Below are positions 46,699 through 55,985 of a stretch of 64,000 bases of DNA, piece by piece. Below the pieces are notes generated by a model, which was not told the DNA's origin, did no database searches, and worked only from the letters and a program-made list of their open reading frames with translations. The stretch is from a virus (taxonomy: Duplodnaviria > Heunggongvirae > Uroviricota > Caudoviricetes), in IMG/VR virus record IMGVR_UViG_3300037502_002518, positions 5,712 to 69,711 of that record; one strand, given 5' to 3'. Each line of letters begins with the position of its first letter. Within the stretch, counting starts at the first letter, position 1. The position numbers and the translations under genes were made by a program.

Positions 46699-47201
46699 TT
46701 GAGATTATTGTAGCTTGTGGGAAACAAGGAGAAATCGGTAAAGACGGAAAGCTTTTGTGGAGCTTAAAGGATGATTTAAAATATTTCAAAGAAGTAACAG
46801 ATGGTCATACTGTAGTAATGGGTTATGAAACATACAAAAGTATTGGCAAGCCATTACCAAATAGAAGAAACATCGTTATAAGTAAGAAACACAAAGATGA
46901 ACTAAAAGAGGGGTCTGGTGTAACATGCATATCTGAAAATGCTGTTAACCAAATTTTGAAGATTAACAATATGTTCCCATCTGAAAAAATCTTTATCATC
47001 GGTGGTCAATCTATATATAATATGTTTGCTGATGTTGCATCTAAACTTCACATTACAATTGTAAATGCTGTATTTAAAGATGCAGACAGGCACTTCCCTG
47101 TATATAGATTAAAACATGCGGACATTAAAGCTGTATTAAAAAAAGAAAAAGATGAAAATAACGAATATGATTTCACAACTTATCTAATAGAGAGGAAGTA
47201 A
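46695..47201 (+). CDS. folA: dihydrofolate reductase
   Basis: IVACGKQGEIGKDGKLLWSLKDDLKYFKEVT and GG..IY motifs; overlaps thyA stop. Confidence 0.75.
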   Translation: MIEIIVACGKQGEIGKDGKLLWSLKDDLKYFKEVTDGHTVVMGYETYKSIGKPLPNRRNIVISKKHKDELKEGSGVTCISENAVNQILKINNMFPSEKIFIIGGQSIYNMFADVASKLHITIVNAVFKDADRHFPVYRLKHADIKAVLKKEKDENNEYDFTTYLIERK

Positions 47202-47204
47202 TGT

Positions 47205-47990
47205 ATGTCTAAAATTCAAGAAGCTTACATTGGAGCTATAGGAACAATGCTTATCCTGTCTCATAATATGGTCGATATTGATGACTCAGAAGTTGATAAG
47301 CTTATGTTGGGACTAAGAAAATCTTTTAAAGAAGATGAAAAAGAAGCCTTAAACTTTACAAAGAAAATGTTTAACACCTATATGGAAGAAATTAACAACT
47401 ATAACACAGAGAAAGATAGCACATCAAACAAAAAAGAAAAAACAGTGCCAAATAAAAAGCCTTCAGTCGGTAAAGAAGTTCACATATGGACTGACGGAAG
47501 CTCAATAAACAATGGCAAAGATGTTGGAGCAGGTGGATGTGGATATGTCATGTTGTTTGGTGATTTTAGAGATATTGACATAGAGACAGAATATGCTGAT
47601 GAAAGTAATGTTGTAACAGGCTATCATGCATCAAAAGAGACTACTAACCAAAGAGAAGAGATTAAAGCTGTAATCTATGGGCTTCAAAAAGTTAAGACAA
47701 ACAAATATCCAATTAAAGTTATGTCTGACAGTGCTTACCTTGTCAATTGTATGAATGATGGTTGGTACAAAAAATGGAAGAAGAATGGTTGGAAAAACTC
47801 TAAGGGTCAAGGTGTTGCAAACAAAGACCTTTGGGAAGATTTGCTTAACATTATAAAAGAGAAGAAACTATCAAGTAAGCTTGAATTTGTAAAAGTAAAG
47901 GGACATAACAAAATCTTTTACAATGAACTTGCTGATGAGATGGCTGGTAAAGCATTAAAAGAATCACGAGAGAATATGAATAAGGAGTGA
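47205..47990 (+). CDS. ribonuclease H (RNase HI-like) with N-terminal extension
   Basis: HIWTDGS...E...D..Y..N core. Confidence 0.6.
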   Translation: MSKIQEAYIGAIGTMLILSHNMVDIDDSEVDKLMLGLRKSFKEDEKEALNFTKKMFNTYMEEINNYNTEKDSTSNKKEKTVPNKKPSVGKEVHIWTDGSSINNGKDVGAGGCGYVMLFGDFRDIDIETEYADESNVVTGYHASKETTNQREEIKAVIYGLQKVKTNKYPIKVMSDSAYLVNCMNDGWYKKWKKNGWKNSKGQGVANKDLWEDLLNIIKEKKLSSKLEFVKVKGHNKIFYNELADEMAGKALKESRENMNKE

Positions 47991-47994
47991 GTTA

Positions 47995-48435
47995 ATGCAT
48001 TATAGTATTGTAAGATTTTACAATGGTAGACTTGCACTCAATCATAGCTGTGAGTTTTGTGAGAACATCCCCTTAGAAAATGTTGATGAACCATGTTTTA
48101 ACTGTGGGATTTCTCAAAGTGAACTTGCTCAAGTTGAAGGTATGATTACAAAAGTAAATAGATATATCGACTTAGCCCAAAAGTTTGATATTCATGGCTT
48201 GCAAGAGTCAGATTACCACAATAAGCCTGTTGAGTTTCAAGCAAGATTAACCAACTTAAGGCTTGGTGATGTAGATGATGTTAAATTTGTTGATGAATAT
48301 CATACAGGGGAACTCAGAGAGCTTAACAAGGTTGCAGGTCAACCATGCCATGTAGTTGTGTACCCACAATATGTCAATAACACTTACGAAGAATACGATG
48401 ATGAGGAGTGGCTTCAAGATGACAGTGAATGGTGA
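47995..48435 (+). CDS. hypothetical protein with CxxC...CxxC
   Basis: ORF. Confidence 0.45.
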   Translation: MHYSIVRFYNGRLALNHSCEFCENIPLENVDEPCFNCGISQSELAQVEGMITKVNRYIDLAQKFDIHGLQESDYHNKPVEFQARLTNLRLGDVDDVKFVDEYHTGELRELNKVAGQPCHVVVYPQYVNNTYEEYDDEEWLQDDSEW

Positions 48436-48451
48436 TGAGAAAGTTTTAGTC

Positions 48452-48742
48452 ATGTCGGAAACGGAATTAGAAGATGGTGTAAGCATTGTATCTTATGAAA
48501 TATTGTTGCAAAAAGACTTAGAGTTACTACAAACACTAATCAAACGTGAGTTCACATTTGAATACACTTTAGGTAAATCAAAATATGTTATCACCCTAGA
48601 TGAAGATGATTTTAAAGTTCTTGGTGATTGTGAAGTTGTAGATAACTTTATAAAATTATTTAATAAAGATTGGATTGGAAATGAAAGATGGTCAGAGATT
48701 GTGTTCTCTGAATATGATAGAATAGAATATATTGGAGAGTAA
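48452..48742 (+). CDS. hypothetical protein (start uncertain; track ORF 48356-48742)
   Basis: ORF. Confidence 0.35.
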   Translation: MSETELEDGVSIVSYEILLQKDLELLQTLIKREFTFEYTLGKSKYVITLDEDDFKVLGDCEVVDNFIKLFNKDWIGNERWSEIVFSEYDRIEYIGE

Positions 48743-48757
48743 AACTCCCCAGAAAGG

Positions 48758-49324
48758 TTGTTTAATTATATGTTAAAAGGTTATTTGGCAAGTCCACTGT
48801 TTACAATTGGAGAACGTTATTTGAATGAAGAGATTGCAAAAATTTTACGAGGAAGTATTAAAGATTTAGAGTTACATGTTCCACAAGAGAATGAAAACAT
48901 TAACGACAAGACACAACATGCTTCATCAATGGAGGTTGCTGAAGCGGATTTAAAACCATTGTCTGATTCTAATTTTGTTATTGCAGTTCTCGATGGAAGT
49001 GAAATCGACTCTGGTGTAAGTGCAGAGATTGGTGTGGCACATGCACTTGGAATCCCAGTAATTGCTTTATTTTCTGACATTCGTCAAGAGGGCAATAAAA
49101 ACAAAGATAAAATTCAAGCATTAGTTTATGACTCAACAGAATCAAGCTTTGCATACAGAAACTTGTTTACCATTGGTCTGATAAAACTTGGCAATGGCAT
49201 CATTGTAAAAACTCTAGAAGAGCTTGAATATGCTGTACGACTTATGTTTGAAGCAAATGAATATGCAGATGATATTAAAGAGTATATTGAAACAAAGAGA
49301 GTGATTCTAAATGAAGAAAAATGA
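48758..49324 (+). CDS. nucleoside 2-deoxyribosyltransferase
   Basis: GYLASPLFT...LDGSEIDSGVSAEIGVAHALGIPVIAL matches the NDT family core. Confidence 0.6.
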   Translation: MFNYMLKGYLASPLFTIGERYLNEEIAKILRGSIKDLELHVPQENENINDKTQHASSMEVAEADLKPLSDSNFVIAVLDGSEIDSGVSAEIGVAHALGIPVIALFSDIRQEGNKNKDKIQALVYDSTESSFAYRNLFTIGLIKLGNGIIVKTLEELEYAVRLMFEANEYADDIKEYIETKRVILNEEK

Positions 49325-49943
49325 AGAGATTGAGATGGAGTTTTTAAAGAAATTAAACAAAATTAGAGGCACAATGTCTGATAGTGACCTCTTGAATAAC
49401 TTGAGTGCTATTCAAGAAATGAATTGGGACAGTGACTACTCTATCTTGAATAACATCTCTCATTCACGACTAGAAAAAATCCTCAATGGTGAGTATGAGA
49501 TTGCAGGGTCAAAATTTAAACGAGATGACTGGGTTACAGTTGAATGGTCTGATTTTGAACACACTACACACAAAGTAAATTCTTGTGTGAATGAACTTGT
49601 TTCAATCAATTTAGCTTACCATTCTGGTGTGTCTAACCATTTACCCCCTGCAGATATTGTAAGATATGCAACAAGTGAAGAAATTAAACAAGAGAAATCT
49701 AGAGCTTTTTGGTATCAGATTGGAAGAAAACCATATGAATATAAAGTCGGTGATATTGTTAAATATAAAGGGTATATTCGTATAGTTAAAGAAGTGAAAA
49801 CGGGTGGTCATGGGAATACAGACCTCATTTTGTCTGAGAGTAATGAAAAACACAATTTTTCATATCACATTGAGAATGTATACTCTGATGATTTAAAGAT
49901 TGTTTCTACAGCAGAAAGACGTTTGGATTGGGAGGAGAAATAA
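49311..49943 (+). CDS. hypothetical protein (210 aa)
   Basis: ORF. Confidence 0.45.
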   Translation: MKKNEEIEMEFLKKLNKIRGTMSDSDLLNNLSAIQEMNWDSDYSILNNISHSRLEKILNGEYEIAGSKFKRDDWVTVEWSDFEHTTHKVNSCVNELVSINLAYHSGVSNHLPPADIVRYATSEEIKQEKSRAFWYQIGRKPYEYKVGDIVKYKGYIRIVKEVKTGGHGNTDLILSESNEKHNFSYHIENVYSDDLKIVSTAERRLDWEEK

Positions 49944-50002
49944 TGGCTAAATTAATATTTAGATATGGAAGTATGAATTCTGCAAAGTCAGCAAATTTAA
50001 TT
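49943..50002 (+). CDS. tdk: thymidine kinase, 5' fragment/exon (MAKLIFRYGSMNSAKSANLI; P-loop), boundary approximate
   Basis: TK N-terminal P-loop read directly; ATG overlaps upstream stop (TAATG); frame terminates 12 codons later. Confidence 0.6.
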
Positions 50003-51517
50003 ATCTCCCGAAAGAAGTCGCCCTCTTCAAGCGTGTAAAAGGCGCATTCAGACGGTAAGGGGGGAGATGAATTTAGGTCAAGCGGTAGATTAAAACTATC
50101 TTTCAATACTTTTTGTGTCAGTTCATAAATTGTACCAGAAAAGCTATTGATATAATTTTTTATTTGACACTTATCAATCACTTCTACTAAGATATTTGGG
50201 AATTCGATTAACTTGGGAACTATTTCCACTGATGTTCTCATCTAATTAGTATATACTAAGAATATGACAAAGGAGGTGACATATAAAATGTTAAAAGCCT
50301 ACAAATATCGACTATATCCAACCGAAAGTCAGAAAGAGTATTTTTCCAATTGTTTTGGTTGCGCTCGATTCATTTACAACAAAATGCTCAGCGACAAAAT
50401 CGACCACTATAAAGAAAACAAGAAAATGCTTTATACCACGCCTGCTAAGTACAAGAAAGAGTTCCCGTTTTTGAAAGAGGTGGACAGTCTAGCATTGGCA
50501 AATGCTAGACAAAATCTGGAAAGAGCTTATAAAAACTTTTTCCGAGACACGTCCGTCGGTTTTCCAAAGTTCAAATCCAAGCACAAGTCGAAATCGAGCT
50601 ACACCACTAACAATCAAGGTGGAAACATTCGTATAGAATACGGAAAAATCAAACTTCCGAAAATCGGATTCGTAAAACTGAAGCAACATAGAATGTTTGA
50701 TGGGGTTATCAAATCTTGTACGATTTCTATGAATAAGTCAGAAAAGTATTTCATTTCTATTCTAGTAAAATCAGAAGAGAAAGAAATGGAAATCACCGAA
50801 AGAAAAATTGGGATTGATTTAGGTATTTCTGATTTTGCGATTACCACGAACGATTTAGGAGAATCCGTTAAATATGATAACCCAAAGTATTTATATAAAT
50901 CAGAAAAGAAACTAAAAAAATACCAACGTTCTTTGTCTCGCAAACAAAAAGGCGGAAAAAACCGCAATAAAGCTCGTATTTAAGTCGCCAAAAAACACGA
51001 AAAGATTGCCAATCAAAGGAAGGACTTCTTGCACAAACTAACTAAACAGATTACGGACGAAAACCAAGTCATCGTAATCGAAACGCTGTCCAGTAAGAAC
51101 CTGATGAAGAACCACAAACTGGCAAAAAGCATTGGTGATGTCAGTTGGTTTGAATTCGTCCGTCAACTTGAATATAAAGCGGAACAAAAAGGTCGTACAA
51201 TTATCAAAGCGGACAGATTCTATCCATCCAGTCAGATTTGTTCCGCCTGTGGACATCGAGATGGAAAAAAAGGCATTGCATATACGAGAATGGGATTGTC
51301 CTAGTTGTGGTGAACACCTTGACCGAGACATCAATGCCAGTAAGAACCTCTTGGCATTAGCCAAGTAAAAGAAAACATATGAGGCAGGGACTGCCTTTTG
51401 AGCCTACCCCATATCCGATTCCTCTGTCTACATGACATTCGTGCAGACAAGAATGGAGTTAGTAGGAAGCCCCACTTTAAAATTTTAAGAATTTAAGTAG
51501 TGGGCAGTTCACTCATG
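50003..51517 (+). mobile_element. IS200/IS605-family (IS1341-like, tnpB-only) element or IStron-like intron inserted in tdk (boundaries approximate)
   Basis: 1.5-kb insert between tdk halves: 260-nt 5' non-coding, TnpB ORF, 150-nt 3' hairpin-rich non-coding; no TnpA. Confidence 0.6.
50264..51368 (+). pseudogene. tnpB: tnpB (OrfB, RuvC-like RNA-guided nuclease family) disrupted by an in-frame TAA (50981-50983) and a frameshift at an A7 run (51265-51271)
   Basis: N-terminal YKYRLYPT; RuvC-I GIDLGI, RuvC-II VIVIETL, zinc finger CSACGH...CPSCG, Ruv[13 protein letters not shown]. Confidence 0.75.
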
Positions 51518-52027
51518 CAACATTACAACTATGAAAGCGGTGGAAAAAACACATTAGTTTTCAAACCATCTGTTGATACAAGAAGTGACAAAGTAACATC
51601 TCGTGCTTTATATACCGAGATAGAAACAGATTATATTGTTGGACAGAAGGAATATAACTCAATGTTGCCTATTGTCTTACATCATATGCCTAGAGTTGTA
51701 TTTGTTGATGAATCCCACTTCTTAGACAAGCAACAGATTGAAGAATTAGCTATCATAGTTGACAAAATTGGTGTAACCGTCCAAGCTTTTGGTCTTATGA
51801 CAAACTTTAAAGGAGAACTCTTTGAAGGAAGTAAAAGACTTGTTGAATTATCAGATGTTGTAGAAAGGGTTCGTTCTGAGTGTACAGAGTGTTCTAATGA
51901 GGGAATTATGAATGCAAGATATATTGGTGGCAAACTACAGACAGATGGAGATACAGTTATGATTGGTGCTGAAGAAAAGTACAAAGTCTTATGTAGACGT
52001 TGCTACATGAAAGCTATGCAAGAATAA
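51518..52027 (+). CDS. tdk: thymidine kinase, 3' fragment/exon (...YNYESGGKNTLVFKP ... C-terminal zinc ribbon CTECS...CRRC), boundary approximate
   Basis: TK core and C-terminal Zn ribbon. Confidence 0.6.
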   Translation, partial: QHYNYESGGKNTLVFKPSVDTRSDKVTSRALYTEIETDYIVGQKEYNSMLPIVLHHMPRVVFVDESHFLDKQQIEELAIIVDKIGVTVQAFGLMTNFKGELFEGSKRLVELSDVVERVRSECTECSNEGIMNARYIGGKLQTDGDTVMIGAEEKYKVLCRRCYMKAMQE

Positions 52028-52031
52028 ATTA

Positions 52032-52075
52032 AAAGGTAAAGTTTGTGAGATAATCATAGACTTTACCTTTTTGTT
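52032..52075 (+). terminator. terminator hairpin AAAGGTAAAG...CTTTACCTTT (19-nt loop) plus TTTTTGTT
   Basis: seen in sequence after tdk. Confidence 0.55.
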
Positions 52076-52076
52076 A

Positions 52077-52085
52077 TGGTATAAT
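52077..52085 (+). promoter_or_regulatory. extended -10 promoter TGgTATAAT followed by TGCCAAATAAAA (52093-52104)
   Basis: seen in sequence upstream of polymerase. Confidence 0.45.
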
Positions 52086-52123
52086 GTAATTGTGCCAAAT
52101 AAAATACTAAGGAGGAATTATTA

Positions 52124-55100
52124 TTGTTAGATTCAAGTAATTTTGCAAGCCTGCATTGCCACTCGCATTTTTCGCTTCTCGACTCAATCATGAGTCCAGA
52201 AGACATTGTAAAACAAGCAAAAGAATTGGGCTATAAGGCTGTGGCTGTAACGGAACACGGAAATATGCATTCATTTATTGATGGATACAAAGAAGCTAAA
52301 AAGCAGGGGATTAAGTATATCTTTGGGTCTGAAGTTTATGAGACAGACGACATGGATTATAAAGAGTCAGATGCAAGTCGATACCACTTGCTTTTGTTAG
52401 CTAAAAATGAGACAGGATTAAAAAACTTATTCAAAGTTGTGTCTGAGGGTTCGACAAGAGGTTTCTATGGTAAGCCTCGTATTGATAGAGAACTACTATC
52501 GGAACACTCAGAAGGTCTTATTGCAACAAGCGCTTGCCTTGCGAGTAGATTGATGAGGTTGCTTCAACAGGGCTATTGTCCATGTTGCAAACAAAGCAAT
52601 GGTGAACATAAAGAGTCGTGCGACAACGATGAAGTGTTTGAACCAAAGTGGGAAGAAGCCAAAGAAGAATTACAAAAATATAAAGACATTTTTGGTGACG
52701 ATTTCTACATTGAAATTCAATCACATGATACTCACGACCAAAAGATTGGGAATCAGCGTATTCTTCAATTGGCAAAAGAAACGGATACAAAATTTATTTT
52801 GACATTTGATGCTCACATGCCAGATGGCAGTGAAAAAACGCTTGATATTCATAGACGTTTTATTGAAGTTAGTCAAAAAGGTCGTGAAGTTGGAGAGACT
52901 TATATTGGTTGCTACCAACAAGATATGGAAACGGTTTATGATACCTTAGTCCCTCAAATTGGACAAGAAGATTTAGAGCAAGCTATTTTAAATACTGGAG
53001 CTTTAGCAGATTCATGTGAAGACATTGAATTGGACTTAAACAGACCACCAATTATGCCTCATATTGAATTCCCAAAAGAGTATAAGTCAGATGTTGACTA
53101 CTTAAAAAAGCTTGTCAATGATGGGTGGAAAGAAAGGGAAATCCACAAAAAAACAAAAGAAGAACAAAAGGTTTATAAAGAACGTGTTCTTCATGAGATG
53201 GACATTTTAGAAAAGCTTGATTATGCAGGTTATTTCCTTATCATTCACAAATTTATGAATGAATTTAGAAAGCAAGGTATTCCATTAGGCTGGGGACGTG
53301 GGAGTGCGGCTGGGTCTTTAGTCCTGTATTTAATTGGTGTAACCAATGTAGATAGTGTTTATTGGGATTTAGATTTCTCTAGGTTTGCCAACTTAGGAAG
53401 GCGACAAATGGCTGATGTTGATATTGATATTTCAAAAGCCAAACGTGGAGAAGCCTTAAAAATAACAGATGATTTATTTGGAAATAAAAAAGTTGCACAC
53501 TTGTGTACATTTAATTCTTTCTCACCAAAAGTAGCAATTAAAGACTTGGGGAAAGTATTTGACCAAAGCGAAGATAGTCCATATTTTGGAAAGATTCCAT
53601 ATTCAATGAGGGAACGTGCATCTGGACTAATCACTGATGGTTCTAACATTGAAGACGTTTTAGAAGCATCTGGTGAGCTTAGAAGAATCAAGGAAAAGTT
53701 TCCACTGTGGATTGAATATGCACAAGAACTTCAAAACTTACCTAAATCTGTAGGTTCTCATGCTTCTGCAATCATCATTGCCAACGAAGACATTGTAAAT
53801 TATGCACCTGTTATGTATAACAAAGATGGTCGTGTAATGATGCAAGTTGAAATGGGGAATGCAGAAAAAGACTTGGGACTGGTGAAGTTTGATTATCTTG
53901 GACTTGAGAGTTTAGACGTGGTAAATGAGACTTTATCTCTTTTAGGAAAAGGGTGGGAAGATTTATTTGACATTCCATTTGACGATATAAGTACATTAAA
54001 AAACATTTATGCGAAAGGTAACACACTAGGAGTTTTTCAAATGGAATCACAAACCCCAAGAAAAATATTTGAAGACATGTATGAGGGGATTCCAGAAGAT
54101 AAATTTTCTATCAATGATGTTGTTGCTGTAAATGCTTTAAACAGACCTGCTGTATTGAGTCTTGGAATGCACAACAACTACATCAAAGGGAAAAGAGACG
54201 AATCAGAAGTGTCATACATTCACGAAGACCTTAGACCTATCTTAAATGAGACATATGGTGTTCTCTTATATCAAGAAGAAGCTTTGAATGTTTTTAGACT
54301 TGCAGGATTCCCAGAAGAAGAGGTAGACGTTGCCAGAAGGTGTCTGCGTGAGGACACAATGGTACACATGTCTGACGGAACACAGAAAAAGATAAAAGAT
54401 ATTAAAGTTGGAGATTATGTGTTGAGTTACAATGAGCGTGGAGTATCTGAACCAAAAAGAGTTAACAAAGTTTTTTTCAATGGGAAAAAGTATGTAAACA
54501 GATATTTGACAGAAGAAGGACATGAGATATTTTCAACAAAAGACCATCACGTTTTAGGTCTTAATGGATTCGACAGGATTGAAAATTTTAAAGTTGGTGA
54601 CTGTTTAATGACACCAAAAGAAAGTGTTCTCCCCCAATATGTTCCAACAATAATAAAAAATATCGAAAACAGCATTGAATTTTGTGATGTATATGACATT
54701 GAAGTTGAAGATAACCACAATTATATTGCGAATGATATAATTGTTCACAACTCAATTGGTAAGAAGATTCCAGAAGAGATGGACAAACTATACGACAAAT
54801 TTTCTAGTGGTCTTAAAAAAATAGGATGGAATAAGTTGCAAATAAAGGAAACTTGGGAATTGATTGCTTCACAAGCGACTTACAGCTTTAATAAATCACA
54901 TTCCGCCAGCTATGCAATTCTGTCCTTTGTTATGGCTTATCTAAAAAACCACCATCCAAAAGAGTTTATAACCGCCTTATTGACAGATAAAAGGGGAAAC
55001 TTTGAAGATACATCTCTGTATATTGATGAGGCAAACAGAATGGGGATAAAGGTTTTAGAACCAAATATAAACACATCCAATTTGGCATACACTATATCTG

Positions 55101-55939
55101 ATGAAGGTATTGTATTTGGACTAAGCTCAATTAAGGGTGTTGGCTCTAGTGCAGAGACAATTGTCGAAGAACGAAATACAAACGGTGAATTTAAAGATTT
55201 AGAAGACTTTCTTTCTAGAGTCAAGTCAGACAAGACAGTCACAATCGCACTAATTAAATCTGGTGCTTTTGGACAGGAGAAAAATGAGCTTTTAAAAAGA
55301 TACTTTGAATTTATTTACACTCCTACTTTGTGGAAAGAGAGAAAAACATCTCCATCTAGGAAAGAGTTGCAGAAATTCATTCCAGACTTATCACTAGAGG
55401 ACTTTAAATCTATGACAAAAGAGGATAGAATGGACACATTCAATAAATATAAACATGAGGTTTACAAAAAGTCTGAAGAAAAAAGAAAAATGAACCAATG
55501 GAATGACTTTAAAGACAAGTATATCTCTCATGATGAGTCTATGTATGAGTATGAAACATTGTCAATATTCATCAATGGTAATCCATTTGACCCATACAAA
55601 AACATTATCAAACCATTTGATAAATTTAAAGATGGTTCAGATAAAATACTTGTGGCAGGAACTATTACTGATATACAGAAAAAGAAAGATAAAAACAATA
55701 ACCAATTTGCTTACATTAGCCTATTGACTCCATATGATGGAATTATAGAAGGTCTTGTGTTTGCAGGAGTATATTCAGAAGTTTCTGACATGATTAAAAA
55801 GGGGAACAATATTGTATGTATCTCTAAAAAGAGTGGAAGTCAATTCATACCCAAGAAGATGAAATCTTTTGATGACTGGAAAGAGGTGATAAGACGAAAG
55901 AAGGAAAGAAAAGAAAAGATTGAAAAACTTAAGAAGTAG
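52124..55939 (+). CDS. DNA polymerase III alpha-like (DnaE-type, N-terminal PHP domain) replicative polymerase, contains a mini-intein
   Basis: PHP motif HCHSHFSLLDS...VTEHGNM; DnaE motifs; TTG start after AAGGAGGAATT. Confidence 0.75.
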   Translation: MLDSSNFASLHCHSHFSLLDSIMSPEDIVKQAKELGYKAVAVTEHGNMHSFIDGYKEAKKQGIKYIFGSEVYETDDMDYKESDASRYHLLLLAKNETGLKNLFKVVSEGSTRGFYGKPRIDRELLSEHSEGLIATSACLASRLMRLLQQGYCPCCKQSNGEHKESCDNDEVFEPKWEEAKEELQKYKDIFGDDFYIEIQSHDTHDQKIGNQRILQLAKETDTKFILTFDAHMPDGSEKTLDIHRRFIEVSQKGREVGETYIGCYQQDMETVYDTLVPQIGQEDLEQAILNTGALADSCEDIELDLNRPPIMPHIEFPKEYKSDVDYLKKLVNDGWKEREIHKKTKEEQKVYKERVLHEMDILEKLDYAGYFLIIHKFMNEFRKQGIPLGWGRGSAAGSLVLYLIGVTNVDSVYWDLDFSRFANLGRRQMADVDIDISKAKRGEALKITDDLFGNKKVAHLCTFNSFSPKVAIKDLGKVFDQSEDSPYFGKIPYSMRERASGLITDGSNIEDVLEASGELRRIKEKFPLWIEYAQELQNLPKSVGSHASAIIIANEDIVNYAPVMYNKDGRVMMQVEMGNAEKDLGLVKFDYLGLESLDVVNETLSLLGKGWEDLFDIPFDDISTLKNIYAKGNTLGVFQMESQTPRKIFEDMYEGIPEDKFSINDVVAVNALNRPAVLSLGMHNNYIKGKRDESEVSYIHEDLRPILNETYGVLLYQEEALNVFRLAGFPEEEVDVARRCLREDTMVHMSDGTQKKIKDIKVGDYVLSYNERGVSEPKRVNKVFFNGKKYVNRYLTEEGHEIFSTKDHHVLGLNGFDRIENFKVGDCLMTPKESVLPQYVPTIIKNIENSIEFCDVYDIEVEDNHNYIANDIIVHNSIGKKIPEEMDKLYDKFSSGLKKIGWNKLQIKETWELIASQATYSFNKSHSASYAILSFVMAYLKNHHPKEFITALLTDKRGNFEDTSLYIDEANRMGIKVLEPNINTSNLAYTISDEGIVFGLSSIKGVGSSAETIVEERNTNGEFKDLEDFLSRVKSDKTVTIALIKSGAFGQEKNELLKRYFEFIYTPTLWKERKTSPSRKELQKFIPDLSLEDFKSMTKEDRMDTFNKYKHEVYKKSEEKRKMNQWNDFKDKYISHDESMYEYETLSIFINGNPFDPYKNIIKPFDKFKDGSDKILVAGTITDIQKKKDKNNNQFAYISLLTPYDGIIEGLVFAGVYSEVSDMIKKGNNIVCISKKSGSQFIPKKMKSFDDWKEVIRRKKERKEKIEKLKK
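54341..54751 (+). mobile_element. mini-intein (137 aa, no endonuclease domain) in the polymerase: CLREDTMVH...IIVHN followed by S
   Basis: N-terminal Cys, block B TKDHH, C-terminal VHN+Ser; flanking extein ARR|SIGKKIPEEM matches the conserved DnaE RRAMGKKKPEEM region. Confidence 0.75.
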
Positions 55940-55985
55940 GTAAATTCCATTTAATTTTTCTACCCCTCCAGCCTAGATTGATTAA

